NCBI RefSeq assembly: GCF_028641065.1
Contig: NC_073396.1
Coordinates: 3,100,001-3,164,000 of the forward strand
Length of the DNA: 64,000 bases
Direction of reading: 5' to 3'
Source of the DNA: Leucoraja erinacea
Taxonomy: Eukaryota
The notes under the pieces were generated by a model. It worked only from the letters and a program-made list of their open reading frames with translations. It was not told the DNA's origin and ran no database searches. The position numbers were made by a program, and so were the translations under genes. This document shows positions 35,701 through 50,099 of this stretch, piece after piece (the stretch's first letter is position 1; each line of letters opens with the position of its first letter).

Positions 35701-38196
35701 TAAGTCTGTTCAGGGCATGACATTACCTGGTTTAACATCTTCTAGCCAATTAGTCTCTCCAGTGGAAGCCATGATATACATAATCTTAGCAATGCCCTCC
35801 CTAATGTGCATAACATGCCTTGAATTCTATGTGCATATTTCCCATCTCTGTTAGATGTGCCATTGAAATGTCGTAGGTGTATGTTGATGGAAAGTGTTAT
35901 TCTTGCTTTGTGACCAAATGTTTCAGTCTTGCCAATGCCAAGTTTGGGATTGACAATAGACAATAGGTGCAGGAGTAGGCCCTTCGGCCCTTCGAGCCAG
36001 CACCGCCATTCAATGTGATCATGGCTGATCATCCCCAATCAGTACCCCGTTCCTGCCTTCTCCCCATATCCCCTGACTCCGCTATTTTTAAGAGCCCTAT
36101 CTAGCTCTCTCTTGAAAGTATCCAGAGAACCGGCCTCCACCGTCCTCTGAGGCAGAGAATTCCACAGACTCACCACTCTCTTTGTGAAAAGTGTTTCCTC
36201 ATCTCCGTTCTAAATGGACTCTCCCAACATCGGGAGCATGTTTCCTGCCTCTAGTGTGTCCAAGCCCTTAACAATCTTATATGTTTCAATGAGATCCCCT
36301 CACATCCTTCTAAATTCCAGAGTATACAAGCCCAGCCACTCCATTCTCTTGGAAGAGTTATGATTTCTGTTTTATTTACGGAGTATTTGCAGTTTGATAA
36401 ATAACAATGTGGGTATTTAGTACTTTCATTTCTAAATGTGCACTCCATTCACCTACTCTGCTTCTTGAACTCTTTCTTCATGAATAAACCTTACCCTTCG
36501 TGGTGTCACAACCAGAGGCATGGAGGGGTTTGTAGGACTTGGAGGGAATAGTTTCAGTTTTTCTAGAAGTCGGGGGAGGTTCTGGGTTATATGACTGCCT
36601 GATAACCAAATACTCATGGAGTCTAGTGTCATTAGAAGCATTTATCTTGAATCCCATTTAATATTTTCTTTACTCACTCACTCACTACTTGCACCTTGCA
36701 CCATTCTCTCGCTCTTTCACCTTTTTGTATTAAATTCACAGTAGCTCAAGCTCAAGCTCACCAGCTCCTCCACATTGTGTAAGTGTTTCTATAAGGCAGC
36801 AAGGACGTGGTTAGTAAATTCAGAAGGTGAAGTGTCAGATGTAGTTACAGAAATCAAATGGTATTTTGAAGTTAGACACAAAACGCTGGAGCATCTCAGT
36901 GGGACAGGCAGCATCTCTGGAGAGAAGGAATGGGTGACATTTTGGGTATTTTAATGTGTTTCAATTTGATCATTGAATTGAAAGTTGATTGAAGGGACAG
37001 AATTGTGTATCAGTGTTTTAATTGTCTAATTCCGGACCAGTATTCCATCTTGTGATGATTCTGTGGTAGACTCTTTATGGATCTCAGATGGAATCGTCTG
37101 ATCAACAGGTCACCATTTTATTGCAGAGTTAACTAGCGGCACAAGACAAGCGGGATAAGTGTGCCATAAAAAGTTTCACCATTACGGTTATGTACTGGCA
37201 ATTGTGTGATCTGGGCACTTAATCCTCTGCAGAAAGGCATGCTTTCTGGAAGTCATTAGTGTATTAATGACATTCTAAACTGTCTATAGTCAGTGAAGCT
37301 CCTTAATGTGTGAGTAGAAATGAGAATTGGAAAGTAGAATTCTTCTACAGCTGTTTGTGGGACCATGTTGTAATTTAACTGATGTGTTTCAGAAATGAGA
37401 GCATTTGGTACTGTTCCTGAAGCACATCAGTTCAATTATAACACAGTCCCACAGCAGTAGAGCATTGGCCAGATCTTATTTCTCATTGATTTGAATTGTT
37501 TTACCTCAAGCTAAAAGAAACTAAACACAAGGTGTGAGGTGAACTGATATAACCACAATGAATCCATCCTACCTTGGTCCGTCTGAAAGGTTAGGTTTAT
37601 TATAGTTACGTATATCGAGCAACAGTGAAAAGCTTTGTTTTGCATGCTATCCAAACAGATCTGTTGTACCATCCTTAAATACAATCGTCAAACTCGTACA
37701 GTAGATGGAACAAAGGGAATGATGCAGAGTGCCAAATATAGTTCTCAGCATTGTAGCGCATCAGTTCTATAGACTATATCCATTGTCCACTGTGGGGTAG
37801 AGGTGAATCGGGACAGTAGCCTATCTTAGCCGTTCAGAAGCCTGATGACAAAGGGGAAGAAGCTGTTCCTGAATCTGGTGGTACGCGCTTTCAAACTTCT
37901 GTACTATCACAGGAGTGAGGAGGAGAAGGAATGAGCAGGTCTTTGATGATGGATAGACATGTGATTGGTATGTAGTTCATTGTCTCTACAAGTTTTTGAT
38001 TATGTTGGCTGCTTTTGCGAGCCAGCCTAAAGTGTAGAGTACATGGTACCAGGTTGGAAGTGAAGATACTATAGCGGATAAATCATTCCGTTTCATTTCA
38101 GTTAAGGGCCTTGAAAGTTGTCGTGGATCCCAGAGTGCCCAACCTCACACGGCTCCCTAACCTGGTTCTGTTGCTTTTCCTTTCTGTGTTCTGCAG

Positions 38197-38713
38197 GGTG
38201 CCACTAAACACTACAGACTGCTACATTGTCCGGGAGATTTACAACGGAGAGAATGCACAGGAGCAGTTTGAGTACGAGCTGGAGCAGGCCCTGGAGACCC
38301 AGTACAAGTATATCATCATCGAGCCGACCCGCATTGGAGACGAGACCGCGCGCTGGATCACAGTGGGGAATTGCTTGCACAAAACGTCCGTCATCGCCGG
38401 CTCTGTCTGCCTGTTAACCCCAATAGCACTGGGTTCAGAATACACCCGCTACGTGGCCCTGCCCATCGGCGCCATCAGCGTGGCCTGCGCAGCGCTCTAC
38501 GGCATCTCTTGGCAATTCGACCCCTGTTGCAAGTACCAAGTGGAATATGACACGTGCAAACTCTCCCGGCTACCCCTGAATACTCTTACCTCATCCACGC
38601 CCGTGGTTCTGGTTAGGAAAGATGATATTTACAGGAAAAGACTCCATAACACAATAGCATTGGCCGCCTTGATGTACTGTGTTAAGAAAATCTGTGAGAT
38701 TTGTGCAGTATGA
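38197..38713 (+). CDS. TMEM11: TMEM11 (mitochondrial transmembrane protein 11) coding exon 2; total 187 aa
   Basis: Acceptor ttctgcag|G. DCYIVREIYNGENAQEQFEYELEQALE..IEPTRIGDETARWITVGNCLHKT..YGISWQFDPCCKYQVEYD..RKRLHNTIALAAL. Confidence 0.97.
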
Positions 38714-41700
38714 TTGGGACAAGTTGCATACTGTTACCTATGACGTTGTTGTCAGTGGAGACCACAGGAGCAAGGTCTCCAGTAGAGTTTCACAAGTATC
38801 TCCCCACGTGTACTGAAACCTCCAGTCCACGTGATAGTTCTTGCCCACCCCATCGATTTTGATCCTCTGTAACAAAAAAAAACCCAGTATATACTTGACA
38901 TTTGTATAAGAAATCCAATTTATGCAGAACTACTGATGTATTTCAGGTGATGAGCAGGTTGCTGATCTTCTCGATTACTTTCATACTCCACACATTTCCA
39001 AAACAAAAGTAGACATTATCTAGCTAGCATGAAGTATTTGGAGTTGTTTTGCGTCACAGAATTCCCAGACGGATCCTAATTTGCCAGTTCCGAGTCGAAT
39101 GTTCATATTTAAATCCTTTTAGTTGTGGCTTTTTACCACTTGTGTTTCAGGAACTTTACTGGGATTGTAGAGTATGATCTTCACTTATCATCCCTTGGCT
39201 GTAGCACTAGGTGGTTAATCTGACCTGGCTACAGTTTAATTTGGTGAAGGAAAGGCAAGCAGGTTTGCACGTAATTGTCACCGGAAACTGCAATCGAAGG
39301 GGCATTGTGACAACTTGCAAATCCGCAGTGACTGGGCTGCTGTGAATTTACCTGTCGTTTGCCTTTCTAAATAAACGAGTCATTGCCATACAATCAGCTG
39401 TGTGTGTGTGTAGCGAAAATAGGTCGTCAGGAAACCCCGAAACATTTGTAAATGGGATCTTCATTTTGCCATGTTCATTCTGTATTTTTTTTTTTTTGGG
39501 AGATGATGATCCTTGCTTTCTTTCCAAATAAAATTCCGTGTAGCAGCCGCTGTTCCCAGTCTCCGGTAGAGATGGCATTAGAGTCTGATATAACAATCCA
39601 TATTTGGCATGACGTGTTGTTTCAGTTCCAAATTGTAACCAAGGAAGGTTTTGAAGTTGAAAGTTTGTGTGTAGTGCACATCACCTTTACTAGTTCTCCT
39701 GCATACAAGTTGTGTTGTAATGGACAGACTTCTTTTTGTTAAATATGGCAATAAAAGGGAACATTTTGGATACAATTACAATTTTGCCAAAATTCCTAAT
39801 TTTCGACGCTTGAGCTATTTCCAGCCTGACTCATTGGTCAGTATTTACTGCATGTTTTGAGTATTTTTATTTTCAATCCTCGTGGTATTATCACGTGGGG
39901 GAAGCAACATAGAATTATTAAAGATACAATTGGGAGGATTACAGAGGTCTCTGAGTGGTTTCAGGATGTACTAATGCTTTAGGGTTACAATGCAACTAAA
40001 ACAAATTCACACTTATTTTCCTTGGCTTGCATTGTGGACAAGTTGCGGTGGTGAATTTTGTGTGTGTTGGGCGGGGCAAAGAGTTTGTTTGTGAACCCTA
40101 CACACTTCAGGCATAAAGATGTTGGGAATGTTATTGCAAATTATATTTTAAGAAAGGGTAAACATTTTTGAAAACTTTCTAGATAACCTGTATATCTTGG
40201 ACATTCTTAGACAATCCAATAAAGACTGAGAATAAATCGTGCTGGAAGTGATGAATGGTGTGTAAGTGACGTGGTTAACATTCTGCTGGAGGTGAGGCTT
40301 GTGCTGGATATTGCCGCGCCAAGCTGGCGTGAATCACTAACTTGACCTATTTAGATGCCTGTGAATATATGGAAGATGGTTCCTTTCACCTCTGTGTTGC
40401 AGTGAGCTCACCTCCGCTCAGGAATGCATTGGTCTATGCTAAGCAGGCACTTTCAATGTGTGCTCAGTGTCCTAATGAATTACTCAATTTTCCTAACACT
40501 TGTGTCAAATTCAATGAAGCAGATCATTTTAACATGTCAAGTTTGAAGAGACATGTTTTACAACAGTGGAATGCACCTTCGTGTACCTTTGGAGTTGCCA
40601 CTACAATCACTATTAACCGAGAGAGAGAGAAAGACACACTCAATGGCCACAAACACACACTCACATGTCGCACACACATTCTCCACACACACCCGCGCAG
40701 GTGCCACCCACACACAATCCACACTCACAGCCACGTTCTTCACTGCAATACAAACTAATTTCAGCCAACTAATTTACTGCAGGTTTGATCAAATGACCAC
40801 TCTTCAAACACAAGCTCTGCAAAGTTGGATTCTATGATGTTTTCTTTTATATTTTTCACTTTTACTTTTAATCTCTGTCAGCATGGCGATGCAGTGGTGG
40901 AGTTGTTGCCTTACATCTGCTGGGTTTGATCCTGACTACTGGTGCTGTCTGTATGGAGCGTATATGTTCTCCCCGTGATCTGCATTGATAATTTGTCCCT
41001 GTTGTGTGCAGGATACTGTCCGTGTGCTGTTAGTTGTTGGTCGGCGCCAACTCGGTGGACCGAAGGGTCTGTTTCCGCGTTGTATCTCAACTACAAAACT
41101 AAACTAAACTCTGCCCAGTTCAAAAAAATCTTACTTGTTGCATGTTAAAACGATGCATTCTCTCCAGAGCAAAGAGAAGGAATATGTTCCCATCTCCCTC
41201 CACCTCCCTCTCTATTTGTTTTTGCACTTTCAATTCTTTGTTGCTTTTCACATGCTTAGTCAGGCACAGACAGCAGGATATTAGACATGCGTGAGGAATG
41301 CACATGGTGTTCAGAGGGTGCTAATAGGTCTTTAAGTGTGATCTAATTGTTAGCAGTGTATCCTCAAAAACATAGTGCAGTTATTATGTTGTAAAATTGT
41401 AAAATGTTGTATTTTAATATTGAAATTAGATGTAGAATACTCAAAGTGGTGCAGCGTCAGACACTCGGGTTCAATCCTGAACTTTTCTGAACTAAACAAG
41501 CTACACAACAAAGGGCCACATGCAGCTTGAGAACTACAACCTAACTATCACTGTTTCTGTAGCAATAGACAGGTAATTCCTTTTCAAAGAGACCTTGGCT
41601 TACCCTGTGCAACAGCACTGTCATAACAACCCTGGGACAAGAACATTCAACTCCCTGTTTCCACCATCTCTGCAGCTTCCCAATGACATTTACTCTGTTG

Positions 41701-44236
41701 TATGATTCAAAACAATAATTTACTCTTCCCAGCAACAACAGCTCTTTCTATAAAGCTCGGGGAAATAATTTATGCATTACTTTGAAGATAGGCACAACAT
41801 GCTGGAGTAACTCAGCGAGACAGGCGGCATCTCTGGAGAGAAGGAATGGGTGACGTTTCGGGTCGGGACATTTCTTCTGACTACACATTTATGCTTTGTT
41901 TTAAGGACAATGTCACCATTTTCAGCAACAGCACAAAGTAAAGTGACAGATTAAACAGCTGTATACCATTCATAGTACATTCAGACAACGCTGAAAGTTT
42001 TCAGCAGGTCAGGTTGCATCTGTGGAAAGACAAGCCTTGTAATGTTTTAAGATCTGAAATGCTCGCTCTGTTTTATCTTTCCACAGATGCTGCCTGACCT
42101 GCCGAGTGTTTCCAGCATTGTTTATTTTTAATTTGGGTTTCCAGCAGCTAGAGATCAATTAATTAATTAATTTTCTTCCCAATTAATTATCCATTTCCCC
42201 CCAGCTAACTTGCTCACCCAACCAGTATTATTATAAAGTGTTTAAGAAGGAACTGCAGATACTGGAAAATCGAAGGTAGACAAAAATGCTGGAGAAACTC
42301 AGCAGGTGCAGCAGCATCTATGCAGCGAAGGAAATAGGCAACGTTTCGGGACAAAACACTTCTGGAAATATGCAACGTTTCGGGCCCGAAATCCTTCTGG
42401 AAATAGGCAACGTTCGGCCCGAAACGTTGCCTATTTCCTTTGCTCCATAGATGCTGCTGCACCCGCTGAGTTTCTCCAGCATTTTTGTGCACCCAGTATT
42501 ATTATAACCTCATTCAAGATTAATTTATTCAACTTTTTGTGTTATGTAATAAATAGGAAAGTGTGTAAGCCTCCAGAAGGAATATTGATCAGCTGCCATC
42601 AGAGAATTCTATATTTTACATGTAAGTTTAAGTGTAGGAGTTACATAGTTTATATCTGAGGTATAGGTCAAGGATGCTGTGTATTATCAGCCCTTTCCTG
42701 TTTTAAAACATTGCCCATAAACATTTCCACATACGAGATAATTTTTTTTGGAAACATTTCTATTTGACAATAAAAGTCTGTGTTTTTGACCCAGTTGCTC
42801 ATTCAGTGTCCAGTCTCGACCCGATACGTCACCTATTCCTTTTCTCCAGAGATGCTTCCTGACCCGCTGAGTTACTCCAGCATCTGGTGTTCCCTCCTAC
42901 TTCACCACTTGTTTTTTTTTAGGGTTCTCAGCTGTTTTACAAAATGACATATATGTAAACTATGACAAATTAACTGGGAAAGGAGGAATCAAATGTATTA
43001 ATACAAGCACATGGCATCCCGACTAGCATACTCACTGGTTTTCTAATGTGTCTGTTTTCACAACTGCCCGACTGACTAAGCAGAAACTATCCACAAAGGA
43101 TCTAATCTGACCACATCAGCGTTCACTGAGTAAGCTAAAGCCTTCTTAAAATGCTTGACAATAGACCTTTTGTTCGAGATACTGAAGCCTTTTTTTTTAA
43201 TCATCATTGCTGATACAGGATAGGATTTGTTGTTAAATAAATCCGCTTCTGGTTGTAGAGATGTTTACAAAATAACACATCAAAGCTACGTCCCTTTATC
43301 ACTTAGCCTTGCACTTTAATATTCCAGCATCAGTACTTTGAATACTGTAAAAAGTTTCACTTTCTACACAAAAAGTGTTTTTAATTCTCTCTATTGCCTG
43401 GCAATGGGATTGCAGAGAATGGCGTGACAAATTTGTAACTAGTGATTTTGAATGGTTCAGAGAAATCTGTGCAATCTTAACTTATTGTATAATTGAGATC
43501 CAGCATGGAAACAGGCTCTTCGGCCCAGAGTCCAAACTGACCAGCGATCACCCATTCACGGCAGTTCCGTTATCCCACTTCTCACACATCTATTCCCCAC
43601 ACACTAGGGGCAATTAACAGAGGCCAATTAACCTAAAAAACACAGCACCTGGAGGAAACCCACACAGTCACAGGGAGAAGTTATACAAGTGTAGATTTCT
43701 GTAAGTATTGGCCAGTTCTTCCAATGATACAACCACATATGTGCATCAATTTAGCGATAAATTCCAGGATCAGTAACAGTTAAATCCAGAAAAAGTGCAG
43801 GTTAAATCCTTGCGTGTGTGTTGTCTACATCTGTAGTTGGAGCCAGTGCTAAACTTTACTTGGACTCTCTTTCATGCAACTTTTTCTTTCTGCAATTCTG
43901 ACACATTAGAACCCATTAAGTGCTTAATACATTGTAATTCAATTCCTTCCACCATAATTATACATTTGAATGCATAAGTTAATTTGTGTTCAGTGATAAA
44001 GGAATTTTATACAAATGCCTGATTATTAATGTAATTTTATTGTAAAATTGCCCAGATCAACCTTTAGCTAATCTACTTTACAGCAATCTTAACTCAAATC
44101 AGTCAGCTGGAACATTAACTCTTTCTTTACCTTCCTCATTCCTATTGCATATTCTACATTACATCCATTGTGTTCAGTTCTGGGCACCATGCTATAGGAA
44201 ACATGTCAAGCTGGAAAGGGTACACAGAAGATTTAG

Positions 44237-44670
44237 GTGTAAGAAGGAACTGTAGGTGCTGGAAAATCGAAGGTAGACAAAAATGCTGGAGAAACTCAGT
44301 AGGTGAGGCAGCATCTATAGAGCAAAGGAAATCGGTGACGTTTCGGGTCGAGACCCTTCTTCAGACTAATGGGGGGGGGGTGGGAAGAAAGGAAGAGGCG
44401 GAGACAGTGGGCTGTGGGAGAGTTAGGGAGGGGAAAGAAGGAGAAAGCAGGAACTTCCTAAAATTGGAGAAGTCAATGTTCATACCGCTGGGGTGTGAAC
44501 TACACAAGCGAACTATGAGGTGCTGCTCCTACAATTTACGGTGGGCCTCACTCTGGCCATGGAGGCCCAGGTCAGAAAGGTCGGATTCGGAATGGGAGGG
44601 GGAGTTGAAGTGCTGAGCCACTGGGAGATCAGGTTGGTTATTGCGAACCGAGCGGAGGTGTTGGGAGAGA
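44237..44670 (-). mobile_element. Penelope-like element 3' end: GIY-YIG endonuclease C-terminus plus hammerhead-bearing terminal repeat
   Basis: Minus-strand translation of about 44670-44450 gives QHLRSVRNNQPDLPVAQHFNSPSHSESDL..RKL*EQHLIVRL..PSGMNIDF. It is followed by CTGAAGA-agggtctcgaccc-GAAACGTC at 44334-44367. A second piece lies at about 60268-60780 (+). Confidence 0.85.
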
Positions 44671-46833
44671 AGATTTAGAAGGATGTTGCCAGGACTGAGC
44701 ATTAGGGAGAGGTTGAGTAGGCTGGGACTCTATTCCTTGGAGCGCAGGAGGATGAGGGGTGATCTTATAGAGGTATATAAAACCAGGAGAGGAATAGATC
44801 GGGTAGATGCACAGTCTCTTGCCCAGAGTAGGTTAATTGAAGACCAGAGGACATGGGTTTAAGGTGAAGGAGAAAAGATTTAATAGGAATCTGAGTGGTG
44901 AATCTCTGGAACTCTCTGCCACAGAGGGTAGTTGAGGCCAGTTCATTGGCTATATTTAAGAGGGAGTTAGATGTGGCCCTTGTGGCTAAGGGAATCAGGG
45001 GTATGGGAGAAGGCAGGCTACTGAGTTGGAGGATCAGGTGAGTTGATGGCTGGCAGGCTCGAAGGGCCGAATGGCCTAACATTTAATTTCTAGTTTCTAC
45101 AGGGGTAACTTTTTACACAGAGTGGTAGGTGGGTTATGGACCAAATGCAGTTGCAGGCTGGGAACTATGTAGATGAAACATGTTGGCCAGGTGCATGGGG
45201 ACAGGCTAGTGGGTTACTGACAATGCAGGCAGGTGGGAACTAGTGTAGATGGGACATGTTGGCCGGTGTGGGCAAGTTGGGCCTAAGGGTCTGTTTCCAT
45301 GCTGTATCACTCTGTAACTCTTATGTGATTCTGTGAGCAGGAAATTAAAATGTACATGTTGGCCCTCTTCCACTAGGATATAACTGATTAAACAGCAATT
45401 CTTGTTGAAATGAATTCTTCCAAAGTTAAACTCAAAAAGCTGGAGTATCTCAGCGGGTCGGACAACATCTCTGGAGAAAAGTAATGGGTGACGTTTCGGG
45501 TCGAAACCCTTCGTCAGTCTGAAGAAGCAGCCTGACACAAAATGTTCATTACGCTACGATAGAATTTTATTTATCCCAGGAGGGAAATTGGTCTTTTGTG
45601 TCTATCTTCGGATTAAACCGGTTTCTTCAGTTCCTTCCCACACGGATTCTTCCAACGTTGATATTCTTGGTGAATAAACTTGAAAACCCCTTAAGGGACA
45701 AATTGAGGAAAAACTGCTCACTATTGTAAGTACTTTCTCCACAGCCCCTTTTCCTTTGCTGAACCAGGCTACGCCTTTACAGAAACATGGAACTACAGAT
45801 GCTGGTTTACATAAAGGGACATAAAGTGCTGGAGTAACTCAGCGGGTCAAGAGGCATCTCTCATGGATAGGTAATGTTTGAGCTTAGGATCCTTCATCAG
45901 TCTGAAGAAGTGTCCCAACACGAAATGTCACCTATCCACGTTCTCCAGAGATGTTGCCTGACCTGCCGAGTTACTCCAGCACTGTGCCCTTGCGAGTTTA
46001 CAGATTCCACTTCATTTTAATGTATTTTATAACCAACTTTTATTCTTTCATGTACAGTCACACACATACACTTAGCACAAAATAACCAGAGCGACAGGTC
46101 TTTCCTTTCTGTCAAAAATCAAACTTTTATCCGTCATTTTTATTTGCTGTCACAGAAATAATTTGTAAACAGTACACTTAAATATTTTCAGGTGCGTTTA
46201 CTCCGTAACCAGGGTATTGTTTCACTTAGGATGATGCTATAAATAATGGCAATCACAAATCAGATGAAAGTCTCTGGAGCGGTTTGGCCCAGGGCCCGAC
46301 TCACTCAAACTGGGTTTATGTTTCACCTAGAACAAAGTTGAACACCTGAGCACACACGTCTGGCTTTCCACTGACGCAGCAGTTACAGGCGGTGAAATCA
46401 ATGTCATGTCTATCATGATCCATATTTTAGCAACACAGGCACCTCACGTTTTACACGTTTGATTTGTGCATTTTTTTTTTAATTAGCACGCTGGTTCCTT
46501 TCAAACTAAGCTTGATTATTGTGCTGGTATTATAAAAATAACGCGTTCAAATTCACTGCTGACAGCGTTGTGATGCATATGTTTCATTCACCTGTCTTTC
46601 AGTTATGCACTGATTTTCAAACTGGATTCTGTCAAAACAAATTGTTTTTTTTTAATTTGAACATTCAATTCTACCTAATTGACCCTGGTTTCAGTGAAAC
46701 CTGCAAACCCTGGCCCAGGAGTCTGAAAACCCAACACAGTAGACACGCACGGGGTGATAACTGGACCCAGGTAAGCACCGTATAGCATTTTGACCGACTG
46801 CAGGAGTGCTTGTGAGGGAGGCCCAAGGTGGGA

Positions 46834-47039
46834 TTAATGAGCCTTCATCTTGCGCTCCTTTTTAGCTCTTGCTGCCATGACGGGGAAGAAGAGACTTGGA
46901 ACCAGGGTGCGTAAGTAGACGGCCAGCGTGGGCTTGAACCCTGCCATCAGGACTTCCTTCTTCTTCCTGCACACCGCCGCCAGAACGGCCTCAGCAACAA
47001 CACGAGGCTCGTATCCCTCGGCCGTACTCTTGTCCATTA
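46834..47039 (-). CDS. DHRS7B: DHRS7B last coding exon
   Basis: Acceptor ttcccaactag|. [42 protein letters not shown]. Confidence 0.95.
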
Positions 47040-48199
47040 CTAGTTGGGAAGAGAAGAGCAAGAATCAATCTGTTGTGCTTGCTCAGTGGCAGACACAGCT
47101 TGCTGGCTGGTATCAAAGAACCTTGGTGTCAACTTGCAATTCAGACTGGAGTAGGAAAAGGAGACATTTAACAACAGGTCGATACAAGGTTGTAAGGAAT
47201 AGGAGCAGAAATAGGCCATTTGGCCCATCAAGTCTACTCTACCATTCAGTCATGGCTGATCTATCTCTCTCTCCTAACCCCATTCTCCTGCCTTCTCCCC
47301 ATAACCTCTGACAGATACCTCAAAGTGGCGCATGGGTACAGTTGCTGCCTTGCAGGCACTTGCAGCGCCAGAGACCCGGGTTCGATCCTGACTACGGGTG
47401 CTGCCTGTACGCCATTTGTACGTTCTACCCCATGGGTTTTCTCTGAGATCTTTGGTTTCCTCCCACACTCCAAAGACGTACAGGTATGTAAATTGGTTTG
47501 GTATAATTGTGTGTAACTTAGTGTAAATATACAGTGATCGCTGGTCGGTGCAGACCCGGTGGGCCGAAGGGCCTGTTTCCACGCTGTATCTCTAAACTAA
47601 ACCTGCAAGGTCTCTGTGTGTGTGTGTGTTTTGAAAAACAGAGTGCAAAAGGCAGGAATGTAGATATTTTGGAGGATTAAAGTTAATGTGAGAGGGAGAG
47701 CTAGAGGCCATGAATACCACAATGAGAATTTTTAAATCGCTATGTGGCAGGTGTGGGACAGATTTGTTTCCTTATATCCCCTTAAATGCCGCCACCACCT
47801 GGCAGTGTGTTCCAGGCACCCACCACCCCACCCCCATATAAAATAAAACTTGCCCCACACATCCCCTTTAAACCTTAAAGCTCTGTCCGCCAGCATACTA
47901 GAATGCCCGCTAGTATTTGACCTTTCATCTTGTCCACCCTATCTATGTCTCTCAATTGGCTATTATTCTATCAGCTCTCCCCACACCCTCTGGTCAATCC
48001 AAGTCTGCCCAACCTCTCCCTGAAGCTAATACCCACTAACCCAGTCAGCATTGTGGTAAACCTCCTCTGCATCCACCTCGTCCCTGTAATGGGACGACCA
48101 GAACTGCACACAATGCTCCAAATGCGGCCCCATTAAAGTTATTGGTAAATGGGCAAAGCTCAGAGTTTGTTCGAGAGTTCAGAGTGATTGAAAACGTAC

Positions 48200-48352
48200 C
48201 GCCGTACTTGGATCCATCGCCTGTGACTGCATTTAGAGAAAGGTTGGTGTGGATATATCCTGGGCTGATTATGGACACCAGAATTTGGTACTGCTCCAGC
48301 TCTGCACGCAGACAGTCAAAGAAGGCTTGGGTGGCGTGTTTGGATGCTGCAT
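48200..48352 (-). CDS. DHRS7B: DHRS7B exon with catalytic YxxxK
   Basis: 153 nt, ag/gt flanks. [45 protein letters not shown]. Confidence 0.97.
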
Positions 48353-48382
48353 CTGCAATGACAATACCATTTGGAACATTTT

Positions 48383-49000
48383 AATTCTTCCACATGGAAG
48401 CTATGGCCAAGAAAGCCCACCAAGCCTCTGCTACCTGAGAAGGCTCAGCATGTCCCCAACAACCCTCACCAACTTTTGCACACAGATACACCATAGAAAG
48501 CATTTTATCGGATGCATCACTGGATGCTGTTTGGGAACAGCTTCAGCCAAGACCACAAGAAATTGGAGAGAGTTGTAGATGTAGCCCAGACTGTCACACA
48601 AACTAACCTCCCTTCCATTAACTCCATCTACACATTATGCTGCTTCGGCAAGGCCAGCAGCATAACCAAAGATGAGTCTCACCCTATTTTCCCCTCTCCC
48701 ATCAGGCAAGAGGTACAGAAGTTTGAAAATGCTCACCTCCAGACTCGGGGACAGTTTCTTCCCAGCTTTTATCAAACAGCGAAACCGTCCGCTCGGCTGT
48801 AGATTGCGGCCTTGACCTACCTTTAACCTCTCTTTAATCGGAGTTTATCTTGCACTAAATGTTATACCATTATCCTTTATCTGTACACTGTGGACGGTTT
48901 GCTTGTAATCACATATAGTCTTTTTGTTGATTGGATAGTACGCACCATAAAACTTTTCACTGGACCTTGGTACATGTGACAATAATTAACAAAACTAAAC
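48383..49000 (+). mobile_element. Degenerate Rex1/Babar-type LINE 3' fragment in a DHRS7B intron
   Basis: KKLERVVDVAQTVTQTNLPSINSIY..KASSITKDESHP. Related copy at about 61150-61580. Confidence 0.75.
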
Positions 49001-49647
49001 TTCACTCAATTTTGGAGATAAAGCATTTTAAATGAACATTACCTCAAATGATAGAAACAAGGAACTGCAAATGCGCAAAAGGACACAGAGTGCTGGAGTC
49101 ACTCAGCAGGTCTGGCAGCATCTCTGGAGAACGTGGAGAGGTGATTTTTCGGGTCAGGACCTTTCCTCAGACTGACTGAAGAAATTTGCCTGAAGAAGAG
49201 TCTGGACCATAACGTCACCTATCCATGTTCTCCAGAGATGCTGCCTGACCTGAAGAGGTATTTCTGCACATTGTGTCCTTAACACAAATGATCGCAATAT
49301 AGCTTCTCTTGCTCAAAAAGTCAACAAAAAAAAAATGTTGTTTCATTGTGGCCAATTCACTGGATGTTTTCAAGAGAGATTTAGCTCTTGGGGCTAACGG
49401 AATCGAGGGCTATGGGGGAAAAGCAGAAATGGAGAACAGATTTTGGATTTAAGAAGGAACTGCAGATGCTGGAAAATCGAAGGTAGAGAAAAGTGCTGGA
49501 GAAACTCAGCATCAGCATCTATGGAGCGAAGGAAATAGGCAACGTTCCTCAGAGGGACAGGCAGCATCTCTGAAGAAGGGTTTCGGGCCGAAACGTTGCC
49601 CATTTCCTTTTAAGAGATAGAGGATGGAAACAGGCCCTTTGACTCAA

Positions 49648-49956
49648 CGGTCTGTCCCACTTGCGTGATTTTTTTCGGTGACTGCCAGCACCCGTCGTAG
49701 TTACAGCAAAATGTTCAACATGTTGAGAATCCAGCAGGCAACCAGAAAATGGTACAACTCTACTGCAGCCTACCAGGAAGAAGGCAATTCTGGATTTTCT
49801 GGAAGGGCCAATGTCACCTGTATGGCCGTGAGTAGTCGCCCAAAGAGTCGCTCCTTTTTCTGGTCGCCGCTGGATTGTCAACATGTTGAACATTTTCGCC
49901 GACCTGCTGTGACCATGGCCGGTTGCCGAAAAAAATCACATAAGTGGGACAGGCCC
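49648..49956. mobile_element. About 310-bp palindromic MITE (Kolobok- or Harbinger-like)
   Basis: Termini cggtctgtcccacttgcgtgatttttttcgg / ccgaaaaaaatcacataagtgggacaggccc. Internal inverted blocks aaaatgttcaacatgttg / caacatgttgaacatttt. Flanks tcaa / ttat (possibly a degenerate TTAA). Confidence 0.7.
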
Positions 49957-50006
49957 TTATAGGCCACACAGTAATGCACAGGTGCTGACTCCATCACCAT
50001 ACTTAC

Positions 50007-50099
50007 ATGCTGATCGAAACGGGATTGCTATTTTCCCTTGGACACTGCTGATCGCCACAATGTGCCCCTTTCCTCTCTGTATCATGGAGGGCAGGATGG
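50007..50099 (-). CDS. DHRS7B: DHRS7B exon with catalytic Ser region
   Basis: 93 nt, cag|...|gtaagt. [31 protein letters not shown]. Confidence 0.95.

Noticed and set aside
38111-38196. N-terminal part of the 200-aa TMEM11 ORF
   Set aside because: This is the intronic polypyrimidine tract with a TTG start. The real start is in exon 1 at 28631.
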